Shown: piece by piece, positions 56,290 to 64,000 of the stretch
Layout: each line of letters opens with the position of its first letter
Numbering within the stretch: position 1 is the stretch's first letter
IMG/VR virus record: IMGVR_UViG_3300042453_004296
Span: 6,015 to 70,014 of that record
Direction: 5' to 3' (one strand)
Origin: a virus
DNA length: 64,000 nt
The notes under the pieces: model-generated
What the model saw: only the letters and a program-made list of their open reading frames with translations
Database searches by the model: none
What the model was told of the DNA's origin: nothing
Position numbers and translations under genes: made by a program

Positions 56290-56384
56290 TTCTAATCCTC
56301 CTACCCGCTCCCTCTGCTACCTCTTTCTAATCCTCCTGTCTGTTCCCTCTACTACATTTCTGTTACCTCTATCCGATCCTCCTA
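56290..56384. repeat. Second short repeat array (AGGAGG/AGAGG on the minus strand)
   Basis: CCTCCT at 56297, 56332 and 56378; (C)CCTCT at 56310, 56320, 56345 and 56366. Confidence 0.75.
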
Positions 56385-56681
56385 CACACCCGTTTCGAAT
56401 GAATAATTTTCATCCGTCGTTGTTGTTGTTGTCGTTACTGGATTATTATTATATTCTCTAATTCCGCTCTTTCCCTCCATATGGAGTTCATAATACCGCT
56501 CACCATCTCTTATAGACCAATCTTGTATTCCATCTATAACATCTCTGTTATAAGCGTTAACTATCATCTCACGTTCTTGTTTCATCAACGTTTCTATGTT
56601 TTGAGACATCCAATAATGAAATTGGGTTTCACTCATTTTATAGTAGTTGTCTTTAATTTGTTGTAGTGGTGTTAGTGTCAT
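56382..56681 (-). CDS. Hypothetical protein (ERE.IV.AY family)
   Basis: Shares QEREMIVNAY..ERYY with 56839..57054. Confidence 0.7.
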   Translation of the reverse strand: MTLTPLQQIKDNYYKMSETQFHYWMSQNIETLMKQEREMIVNAYNRDVIDGIQDWSIRDGERYYELHMEGKSGIREYNNNPVTTTTTTTDENYSFETGV

Positions 56682-56842
56682 TTTTTCCTCCCTATTCTAA
56701 TATGAATGCTAATGAATGTTAAACCTATTGTTAAAACATATTTGTAGTTAACAGCATACTTGGTATCAACAAATGATATTCCTAAGTCAAACCACCATTT
56801 TTTGTAGTCAAGTGTGTTTAGTATTATTTCAAGTTTTATCAT
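56678..56842 (-). CDS. Small hypothetical protein (54 aa)
   Basis: Not in the track: MIKLEIILNTLDYKKWWFDLG...; ATGA overlaps with both neighbours. Confidence 0.6.
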   Translation of the reverse strand: MIKLEIILNTLDYKKWWFDLGISFVDTKYAVNYKYVLTIGLTFISIHIRIGRKK

Positions 56843-57054
56843 TTATCTCCATATGTTTCGTTGTAGTATGATTCCGCTTCTTTCACTTTATGGAAACCAT
56901 TACCACCGTCATTCATCCAACATTCCGTATAAGCATCTACAATCTGCTCACGTTCCATTTGTTTGGCTTGTTCTATTATCTCATCACAATTTAAATCTGT
57001 AATTCCTTTAATATAACTTGCTAACCACTCAACCGCAGTTTGTTTGTTTTCCAT
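56839..57054 (-). CDS. Hypothetical protein (KQTAVEWL..EREQIVDAY..YYNETY family)
   Basis: 71 aa; promoter at 57080. Confidence 0.75.
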   Translation of the reverse strand: MENKQTAVEWLASYIKGITDLNCDEIIEQAKQMEREQIVDAYTECWMNDGGNGFHKVKEAESYYNETYGDK

Positions 57055-57111
57055 AATTATTTAGTTTTTATTTATACTTAAATATACGACCAATTATTTG
57101 GAAAGCCAAAT

Positions 57112-57363
57112 TTATATTTTATCTTTCCATTCCCAACCTAAACATACCTTCATCATTGTACGATGAAACCAATTAGGTTTAGTTTTAAAACAAATACAAA
57201 ATCCAATCTCACCTCCTAAACAGTACATACCAACATGTTTAGGTATTGCAGATATACACATTGATGCGTTGTTTTGAACTACATCATCAGCATATTCGCT
57301 AACTTGTTGTTTGATATGCTCTGGTGTCTCGTTCATTAGACGTTCTACTGTTTTAGTTTTCAT
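57112..57363 (-). CDS. Hypothetical protein
   Basis: KPNWFHRTMM..LGW.W motif. Confidence 0.7.
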   Translation of the reverse strand: MKTKTVERLMNETPEHIKQQVSEYADDVVQNNASMCISAIPKHVGMYCLGGEIGFCICFKTKPNWFHRTMMKVCLGWEWKDKI

Positions 57364-57703
57364 CTTCTAAGTTTATATTTGTTAGTTCAATGAGTGCTTC
57401 TTTTTGAATATCCACTTCATATTTTGTTGTTGGATAAAATTCTATACAATATACTCTAACATCCTCTGGCTCTAACCCTCCGTTCATATCATCTACTTCA
57501 TATCGATATGTTCCTTCAAACTCATCTGGGTACTTACTATCATATGGGGTCCAATCAAGATATTTTGCTTTTGGATCTGTTCCTATTCCATAGTACTCAT
57601 CTAAACCTGCTTTAAGGTCCTCTTGTGTATGAGCAGTCATTATTGGTTTACCCCATTCCGATACTGCTACGTATGTTACTCTAATATATGTTCTTACAGC
57701 CAT
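57353..57703 (-). CDS. Hypothetical protein
   Basis: 116 aa overlapping ORF. Confidence 0.7.
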   Translation of the reverse strand: MAVRTYIRVTYVAVSEWGKPIMTAHTQEDLKAGLDEYYGIGTDPKAKYLDWTPYDSKYPDEFEGTYRYEVDDMNGGLEPEDVRVYCIEFYPTTKYEVDIQKEALIELTNINLEDEN

Positions 57704-58068
57704 CCTTCTTGTTTTAATACTTTTAAAAATGCTTTAAATTCTGCTTCACCTTGTGGACATACTTCTTTTCTTAATTCCACTAATGATTCAGGATTGTTGT
57801 TTAGTACTCCCTTCACCCATGTTATATTATCCCAAAGATCTTCTACCCATGGTTTGGTTCGTTTATCTTTAAACTCAATATCACAATCATAATACTCCCA
57901 ATCTGAACCAGGTTTTCTTATTATAGTGGCTTCAAAAACATACTTATCACTCTCATATGATATTCCTCTAAAGCGAATAACATTATCCATGTTTAATTCA
58001 AATTCTGGTTCTGGGTTTGGTTGTTCACGAACATACCATACCCCATTTATTTGTATTCTATCTTCCAT
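57694..58068 (-). CDS. Hypothetical protein
   Basis: Probable start MEDRIQINGVWYVRE at 58068. Confidence 0.7.
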   Translation of the reverse strand: MEDRIQINGVWYVREQPNPEPEFELNMDNVIRFRGISYESDKYVFEATIIRKPGSDWEYYDCDIEFKDKRTKPWVEDLWDNITWVKGVLNNNPESLVELRKEVCPQGEAEFKAFLKVLKQEGWL

Positions 58069-58069
58069 A

Positions 58070-58726
58070 TTATATTCTTTTAACATGATGATCTTTTGGT
58101 AATGATAATTTATCAATTGGTTGTTTACTCATTATTCTTAATATACTATCTAAATCAATAGGTTCCAAATTATTTCCATCAACACCAACATCAATACTTT
58201 TTCCATTTCCTACTCTTAAATGTTTAGGTAAATGAACGTGTCCGTGAGTGTGTATTACCCCATCATTCATTCCATCCCAAGATGCAATTGGAAAGTGACA
58301 TAATACAAAACTAAACCTATCTACTTGCCCTTTTCCTTTTTGAGATGGGCGTCGTAAATCCAACTTAACATAATGATTTACAGATGAGAATATATCACGA
58401 ATGTTGTCTTTGTTTTTCTCAATATGCCCATCATGATTTCCGAGTACTAAATGTATGTTTTGACATATAATTCTATCTCTAAACTCCTTAATACTCTCAA
58501 AACCACCAAACGACCAATCACCTAAGTGAATTAAAATATCGTCCTGTTTAACATACTTGTTAATATTAGTTATTAAAGTCTCATTCATTTTCTCTAATGA
58601 AGGAAAGTCACGAGTCACACTATCGGCATCAGTCCATCTTGTGGTTGCTCGACATATGTTAGCATGGTTGTAGTGAGTATCACTTGTAAACCATAATCCT
58701 TGATGTGGTTTTAATTCTATTTTCAT
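58070..58726 (-). CDS. Calcineurin-like metallophosphoesterase
   Basis: SDTHY.H, HLGD, GNHD, HFP, HGHVH and DVGVD motifs. Confidence 0.92.
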   Translation of the reverse strand: MKIELKPHQGLWFTSDTHYNHANICRATTRWTDADSVTRDFPSLEKMNETLITNINKYVKQDDILIHLGDWSFGGFESIKEFRDRIICQNIHLVLGNHDGHIEKNKDNIRDIFSSVNHYVKLDLRRPSQKGKGQVDRFSFVLCHFPIASWDGMNDGVIHTHGHVHLPKHLRVGNGKSIDVGVDGNNLEPIDLDSILRIMSKQPIDKLSLPKDHHVKRI

Positions 58727-59331
58727 GCTACGTATAATATTGTTGGGTTATCAGTGTGTATATCAGGTACATCACCTTGTAATTGCATGTACTTAGTAAA
58801 TTCAGTTCTATCAAATGGTTTAGTAATCAAATGATATCCATTCTTAGTAGGGATAGTAGCTATTAACTTATCTTCAATCGGTTCTATATTATTGATAATG
58901 CGCTCAATTTTATTCACAACTTCCAAATCATTCATATCAATATCAACAATCCATGTTTTGGTTGCATTTGACTCACCATTGGTGCGCCCAATGATAGTTT
59001 CAAAACTAGATTTAATGCCTTGATATTGGCTGTTAGCAATCAACTCAGCATTGTGTCTTAAACATTCAAGGCAAATACTACTCCATTTTCTTCTATTCAA
59101 GTGAATATAAGCACGAGCATTAAAAGTTTCACACAACTTAATGATTTCATCTTTGTTCTTATCAAACTTCTTTAACGAGTCAATGTTATATGAACGAATA
59201 ATTCGATTACTCGAACCTAAACCCGGGTTTTCCTTTTTACGTTGAATGATCTGGATGAAGTAGAAATAACTTTCTTCAAGTTCATGTTCTAGTTTCAGCA
59301 TTGATCTTATTTGTTCAAAATTGTTTATCAT
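58723..59331 (-). CDS. Hypothetical protein with AEP/Prim-Pol-like motifs
   Basis: WIVDID and TKNGYHL. Confidence 0.55.
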   Translation of the reverse strand: MINNFEQIRSMLKLEHELEESYFYFIQIIQRKKENPGLGSSNRIIRSYNIDSLKKFDKNKDEIIKLCETFNARAYIHLNRRKWSSICLECLRHNAELIANSQYQGIKSSFETIIGRTNGESNATKTWIVDIDMNDLEVVNKIERIINNIEPIEDKLIATIPTKNGYHLITKPFDRTEFTKYMQLQGDVPDIHTDNPTILYVA

Positions 59332-59373
59332 GCTGTAAAGATAATAAAAAATGGCCCTTAGGCCAAATTTATT

Positions 59374-59580
59374 TTAATCTTCATCATCATCATCTGTCAT
59401 TGCTTGAAAAATATCAGCTCGTTCCTCATCTTCCCAATCCCATTCATCATCCTCTATCTCTTCATCTCGATACTTGTCTATAACACTAGCAATGTGATGT
59501 ACTGCTAATTTATGACCACTGTATATCATCCCTGTTAGGTCTACTTCTATGTTGTTCAAAATCTTATTCAGTTTCGTCAT
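59374..59580 (-). CDS. Small protein with acidic C-terminus
   Basis: 68 aa. Confidence 0.65.
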   Translation of the reverse strand: MTKLNKILNNIEVDLTGMIYSGHKLAVHHIASVIDKYRDEEIEDDEWDWEDEERADIFQAMTDDDDED

Positions 59581-59591
59581 TTTCTCTAATT

Positions 59592-60653
59592 TTATCCTTG
59601 TTGGTCATTTTGCTCTAGGTTTGTCCAATGGTTAATTATTTCTGTCTCTAGAGCTCTGTATGCTTCAGTAACTTCACCTTCCGGTGCTCGTTGTGGTTCG
59701 GTTGATGTTAAAGTAGTTGTAGTTGTGTATTCACCATTATCCATTATATCATATAATACTGAGGCTAGTCCACTGCTATTGTTAAATCGAAGTCCTCTAA
59801 TTTCCTCTAGTGTTCTAAGTCTAGGTGTATCTGTTTTTCCCCCATGCAACCCTTCATCATAAATCTTTTTAATCTCATCTGATGCTAGGTTATAGTTACT
59901 TTGTTTACAATTCCTTAAATCAGTAATGATAATATCCATTATTTCAGCTGATGCTTCTATTTCAATTGAATCGAGTCGGGTATCATCCGCTGCCCAAAAT
60001 GATAATTCACGAGAATGATCTTTATCTAGATTCTTGAATGCTGCTACTTTGTAACCTGTGTATTTGTTCATCGCATATATGAGATTACCTCGACCTGTGT
60101 ATCCATAAAATTGGTACTGGTCACTTTCAGCAGCTGTACACCATCTAGTTCCGGCTCCATATTTTTTAGATGATTCGTATGTAAGTGGTTTTATAATTAA
60201 CCATTCATCATCTTCATGAAGTTTTAGAACAAATTTTTCTAACTCTTTATTTACAGACTTAAGTTCAGCTAGAGCGATCTGTGCCTCCATTTCTTCTATT
60301 GTTTTATAAGATGTAACATCTTTATTAACAATTAAGCCACGTTCATTAAGATTAACAAATTTATTTATTACCCTAAAATGGCGGTATGGAGTTTCACTCA
60401 AATTAGCATACATGAATTTTTGAGCAGCCCATGTTTTACCATTAAGTATTTCTTTAGCTTCTTCTTCAGAGAATCCCATATCTGTGAATTCATATATACT
60501 TCCCTCTCTAGTATCTTCTTCTTTTTCCCATCTATGTTTAGTGACATTGATAATCATTTCAACATACTTAGTCTTATAACACATTGACAATGCATCAATA
60601 AAACTGATGTCCAAATCGGAGTGCTGTTTTTTAAGTGTATCTAATTTGCTCAT
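59592..60653 (-). CDS. Hypothetical protein with YGxGxxWC domain
   Basis: PLTYESSKKYGAGTRWCT, related to a motif in 13981..16620. Confidence 0.75.
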   Translation of the reverse strand: MSKLDTLKKQHSDLDISFIDALSMCYKTKYVEMIINVTKHRWEKEEDTREGSIYEFTDMGFSEEEAKEILNGKTWAAQKFMYANLSETPYRHFRVINKFVNLNERGLIVNKDVTSYKTIEEMEAQIALAELKSVNKELEKFVLKLHEDDEWLIIKPLTYESSKKYGAGTRWCTAAESDQYQFYGYTGRGNLIYAMNKYTGYKVAAFKNLDKDHSRELSFWAADDTRLDSIEIEASAEIMDIIITDLRNCKQSNYNLASDEIKKIYDEGLHGGKTDTPRLRTLEEIRGLRFNNSSGLASVLYDIMDNGEYTTTTTLTSTEPQRAPEGEVTEAYRALETEIINHWTNLEQNDQQG

Positions 60654-60676
60654 AACTGTATTATAATAACCTCTAT

Positions 60677-60817
60677 TTATTTTTCCAATTTATCTTCATC
60701 AAACAAATCCTCTCCTTTATAGTCAGGGTGATTTTTCTCCATATAATTTATCCCCCGAACCATAAACACTGCTAGTATAAGTGCTAGTGTAAATGAAATA
60801 ATTGCTGCTGGTATCAT
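60677..60817 (-). CDS. Small membrane protein (46 aa)
   Basis: Not in the track: MIPAAIISFTLALILAVFMVRGINYMEKNHPDYKGEDLFDE. Confidence 0.65.
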   Translation of the reverse strand: MIPAAIISFTLALILAVFMVRGINYMEKNHPDYKGEDLFDEDKLEK

Positions 60818-61041
60818 AAAAATAATTTTTTAAATATTTCCCATTTTGATTTAAATTCAATTCGTTCAAATTTATTACTTGAATTAACCACCCAAGCAAA
60901 CATACTCTCACTCCAACGTTTGTAAGTACAATGTCTACATACTAAATTCTTACCCTGATGTTCAGGTCGTTGGTATGGTCTAGGGTTCTTGGTGAACATA
61001 AATAAAGGGTATGTTCGTTTGCAGTCAAAGCATTTTTTCAT
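60814..61041 (-). CDS. Small zinc-finger protein
   Basis: CFDC...CRHC. Confidence 0.7.
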   Translation of the reverse strand: MKKCFDCKRTYPLFMFTKNPRPYQRPEHQGKNLVCRHCTYKRWSESMFAWVVNSSNKFERIEFKSKWEIFKKLFL

Positions 61042-61042
61042 C

Positions 61043-61285
61043 TTACTCTATTGTCAGGTTACTATCTCGTAGTTCCTCACGAATGTATTCTCTTAATCTA
61101 TAACACACATCCATTTCTTCTTCCGTTGCTTCCCCACTACCAGTGAGAGCAGCCCCATACTTATGTACACTGCGAAGTTTTTGATCTAATTCCCAGATAA
61201 ACATTCTATATTTCCATCCGTCTAGCGCCACACGAATCTCGTCTGCTTCTTCAACGCGGTCAAATTCAATTGTTACTTTTGCCAT
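61043..61285 (-). CDS. Hypothetical protein
   Basis: 80 aa, coupled ORF. Confidence 0.7.
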   Translation of the reverse strand: MAKVTIEFDRVEEADEIRVALDGWKYRMFIWELDQKLRSVHKYGAALTGSGEATEEEMDVCYRLREYIREELRDSNLTIE

Positions 61286-61536
61286 TATTTTAATTCATCT
61301 ATTAAAGCACACATTCTACCAACCACTTCTCTGTGTCGTAATCTGAAATCCATTCTCCATGGGTTATGGTTTATTTCCTCATCCAACACCAAGACCTGTT
61401 TAGAATATGCTCTTAGTTTTTCAAGTATTGTACCTTCTACCTCACCATCAAGTGGATTGGCAGCGGCAACTGATTCTGGTTTAGGTAGTGGTTTTCTACC
61501 TCGTTTCTTTGGTTCTGTAGTGGGTTCTAATTGCAT
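61285..61536 (-). CDS. Hypothetical protein with AT-hook-like KKRGRKP
   Basis: Probable leaderless start MQLEP at 61536, 4 nt after TATCTTTA. Confidence 0.65.
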   Translation of the reverse strand: MQLEPTTEPKKRGRKPLPKPESVAAANPLDGEVEGTILEKLRAYSKQVLVLDEEINHNPWRMDFRLRHREVVGRMCALIDELK

Positions 61537-61606
61537 ATTATAAAGATACGACCAAGGACACAAAAAGCCAAGCAAAGCCTGGCTTATTGTTTAGTGTGTG
61601 TGAATA

Positions 61607-61879
61607 TTATAATTCTGGTTCACTTGGTGTTTCTTCCTTTTTCTTTTTACTTGGGGAAGAGAATTTATCTAACGTATCAGCTCCCATTCCTATAGCTGTT
61701 ATGATTAATACAGCATCAACCAAATTATCAGCTGGTGCAAAATCAGCATGAGAAAATGAGTTAATAGTCATAGTCGTGCTTAAAAATAAAGAACCAAGTA
61801 ACGCGATTACTGGTTTAACTGAAGTTGAGCCACGTTCATCTTTAAATAAATCGATGACCCATTGTTTAAAATTCATCAT
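61607..61879 (-). CDS. Small two-TM membrane protein (holin-like topology)
   Basis: Two hydrophobic helices and a charged C-terminal tail. Confidence 0.6.
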   Translation of the reverse strand: MMNFKQWVIDLFKDERGSTSVKPVIALLGSLFLSTTMTINSFSHADFAPADNLVDAVLIITAIGMGADTLDKFSSPSKKKKEETPSEPEL

Positions 61880-61910
61880 AGTTGTGTGTTTTAGTGTTTA
61901 TTATACATAT

Positions 61911-61937
61911 AAAAAAAAGAGGGGCAAATGCCCCTCT
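61911..61937 (-). terminator. Rho-independent terminator
   Basis: AGAGGGGCA-TT-TGCCCCTCT followed by a T run on the minus strand. Confidence 0.85.
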
Positions 61938-61958
61938 TCAATCAGATTTTTATATCTG

Positions 61959-62765
61959 TTATGCTGCAACAGCAAACTCGGCTGCTAATTCAAACAATTT
62001 TGCATTTAAATCTAAATCCTGCTTAAAGTTTTTAATCTTACGTGCCTTACGAACCTTGGCTCCAGCAGTATAACTAAACATACCTTGAGTGATTTTCTCT
62101 TGGATCACATTAAACACACTCCATAAGTCAGTACCTCGGTCTTCAGGGCGAGTTGGCTCAACTAATTCATTGTAGTCGATTCTGATGTTTTGGGTTTGTT
62201 CTCCAAAACGAACTTCAACTGCACGTCGAGCTAATTCGATAATTTGTTCTTGTGCTAATTGGGTTTGTTTGAAGCTATTCATTGACTCAACTGTAAGTGG
62301 TAATGCGGCAACGATTCCTGTGATTACACCTTGTAGTTTTTCAAAGTCATAACCAAAGTGACGGATTCTCATATTCTCAAATTCTTGGGTTGAAATTACT
62401 AAACCATTCTCACAAACCATTCTAAATAAACCAGCAGTGAAAGTAAATGAATTTTTACCATCATGGCTGTTTGTTAACAAGATTTGTGGGAAAACATCAT
62501 CACCATCTTCACCTTCAATGAATAAATCATTATTTCGGAACACAACTAAGTGTTTTTGATAACCTTCGCCTTTACGGGCTTTAACTTGTTTAGCATCAAC
62601 TACACCCCAACCTAATGCTTCCATATCTTGGATTATTCGGTTTGTAGGTATGTGTGAGTATTTTTCACTGGTGTCAGGTGCACCTTTAGCTGTGAAAATT
62701 GAACTTGCTTTCTCACGAATCTGTGATTCGGTTAAGAATTGGTTGTTGTTTAAATCTAGTGGCAT
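61959..62765 (-). CDS. DUF932/DUF945-family protein
   Basis: ILLTNSHDG..F.F.AGLFRMVCENG and DLWSVFNVIQE motifs; own early promoter at 62793. Confidence 0.85.
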   Translation of the reverse strand: MPLDLNNNQFLTESQIREKASSIFTAKGAPDTSEKYSHIPTNRIIQDMEALGWGVVDAKQVKARKGEGYQKHLVVFRNNDLFIEGEDGDDVFPQILLTNSHDGKNSFTFTAGLFRMVCENGLVISTQEFENMRIRHFGYDFEKLQGVITGIVAALPLTVESMNSFKQTQLAQEQIIELARRAVEVRFGEQTQNIRIDYNELVEPTRPEDRGTDLWSVFNVIQEKITQGMFSYTAGAKVRKARKIKNFKQDLDLNAKLFELAAEFAVAA

Positions 62766-62829
62766 AACCTTTATTATTTTTAATTATGCTATAAATGTAC
62801 GACCAAGTTCCTGTGGAGCCAAATAAGTA

Positions 62830-63483
62830 TTATGGTTTTTTTTCAGAAGCGTACTTAACCCCCATTATAGTACCTACTATACTAAATGAGTTGGTTAATA
62901 ATATACCGAACATGTTAGACCAGGCTGAGCTAAGGATAGTGGTGTCGAATCCCATTGTTAGAGCAAAAACATACATCCCAGTTGTAACGATACCCACACC
63001 TAAAATAATATATAGAGCTACTTTAACAATGCTGTTTATTAATTCGAATTGAGTTTTCTTCTGCATTAAGTCTAAGTCATTTTCAGCTGATAATTTAGCG
63101 TTTTCAGCTACTCTTAATGCTTCCCTTAATTCAATATCCATCTGTTCATTCTCTTCCTTCCACTCCAACAACTCTTTATTTTGACACTCAATTTGTGCTT
63201 TAGATGTCTCCATATCAGCTAAAGATATTTGAAGTTCTTGCATTAACTTCTCATTTTGTTCCTGAGCGTTAGTGAGTTCTGTATTTTGAGTTTGAATACG
63301 TTTAGTAATGTCTAAACGCTTACGTCTATTCTCTTTATCTTTATCAGCACATACTTTTAAGTACTCAGCAAACTCAGTATCATCCTCAGGATCAATTAGT
63401 TTCAGAATATTACCCTCAAGACATATATTTTTTGTCTTGTATAGATTTAATAATTGTTCTTTTGTAACCTTTCCTACTATCAT
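62830..63483 (-). CDS. Coiled-coil protein with two C-terminal TM helices
   Basis: Long heptad region then two hydrophobic helices; TAATG-coupled to the receiver gene. Confidence 0.8.
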   Translation of the reverse strand: MIVGKVTKEQLLNLYKTKNICLEGNILKLIDPEDDTEFAEYLKVCADKDKENRRKRLDITKRIQTQNTELTNAQEQNEKLMQELQISLADMETSKAQIECQNKELLEWKEENEQMDIELREALRVAENAKLSAENDLDLMQKKTQFELINSIVKVALYIILGVGIVTTGMYVFALTMGFDTTILSSAWSNMFGILLTNSFSIVGTIMGVKYASEKKP

Positions 63484-63935
63484 TATCTATATACTTTAAA
63501 TGAAGCTGTTCTAGCCTCATATGCTGGGTAATCCTTTCTAAATTCCTCTAATCGTGGCTCAATATCATCTGATTTAATGATCCAAAATTGGGCTCCAGCT
63601 TGTACTGCTTTAGCTTGCTCTTCAGCTTCATTGCTTGATGATATAATTCCTATCACTACATGGTTACCATACATAAAATTAATTCTACGAATCAATTCAA
63701 TACCATCAAATGAAGATCCTATGATATTCAAGTCAACAAATACACATTTTGGTTTATCAGATATATCACCGGTATCAAACCATTTTTTAAATCGTTTCTC
63801 TGCTTCATCAGCACTGTTTATAGCTTCCAAAGACAAAGTTATGTCTAATAAACTACAAGCATCTTCAAATACCAAGTGGAATAAATCCTCATCATCTACT
63901 AATAAAATAGATTCAATCATGTTCAAGTCAGTCAT
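63483..63935 (-). CDS. Stand-alone response regulator receiver (CheY-like)
   Basis: ILLVDDE, phospho-acceptor in VFVDLN, DGIEL, ISSS and AGA..WIIK motifs. Confidence 0.9.
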   Translation of the reverse strand: MTDLNMIESILLVDDEDLFHLVFEDACSLLDITLSLEAINSADEAEKRFKKWFDTGDISDKPKCVFVDLNIIGSSFDGIELIRRINFMYGNHVVIGIISSSNEAEEQAKAVQAGAQFWIIKSDDIEPRLEEFRKDYPAYEARTASFKVYR

Positions 63936-64000
63936 TTTTAATTTTAATTTTCATTTTAGTTCCTACATTGTTTCCTTCGCAACTTAATTTAAAACCATGC
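63928..64000 (-). CDS. C-terminal end of a probable histidine kinase (HATPase_c), partial
   Basis: Frame reads ..HGFKLSCEGNNVGTKMKIKIKND*, similar to the HGG.I..ES..G.GT.F.I end of HATPase_c; only 23 codons visible. Confidence 0.55.
   Translation of the reverse strand, partial: HGFKLSCEGNNVGTKMKIKIKND

Noticed and set aside
621-63987. Numerous + strand ORFs in the six-frame track
   Set aside because: They lie antisense to well-supported minus-strand genes, have Ser/Leu/Phe-rich shadow composition and lack promoters; only 39938..40267 is accepted
1-64000. Stop-codon reassignment
   Set aside because: Long conserved genes are intact under the standard code, and both TAG and TGA end genes at tight junctions

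Overview
This is a 64 kb AT-rich segment of a large, apparently lytic, contractile-tailed dsDNA phage. It encodes a T4 gp20-like portal, terminase large subunit, gp6/gp25/gp5-like baseplate proteins and a gp55-like late sigma factor. Almost every real gene is on the minus strand; the + strand ORFs in the track are antisense shadows except one lipoprotein gene (39938..40267). Host-type promoters of the form TTTG-N20-TAnnTTTA and A-rich translation starts without a Shine-Dalgarno point to a Bacteroidota host (inference). Layout: 1-23 kb head/packaging genes plus many proteins sharing an N-terminal leader ending in (I/L)-x-E; 23-25 kb nuclease/primase; 25-43 kb baseplate and tail; 43-49 kb late sigma factor, HD hydrolase, tRNAs and tRNA-like RNAs; 49.5-56.1 kb a promoter-dense cassette array of small early genes bounded by a shared 17-mer (possible long terminal repeat or host-takeover module); 56-64 kb small early/middle genes, ending in a phage-encoded two-component module cut by the window edge. 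The most unusual signals are the putative capsid-targeting and protease-cleaved cargo family, two AGGAGG repeat arrays around the putative genome end, several structured non-coding RNAs including tRNA mimics, and the kinase-receiver-membrane protein operon. All functional calls come from motifs read by eye; no database searches were run.
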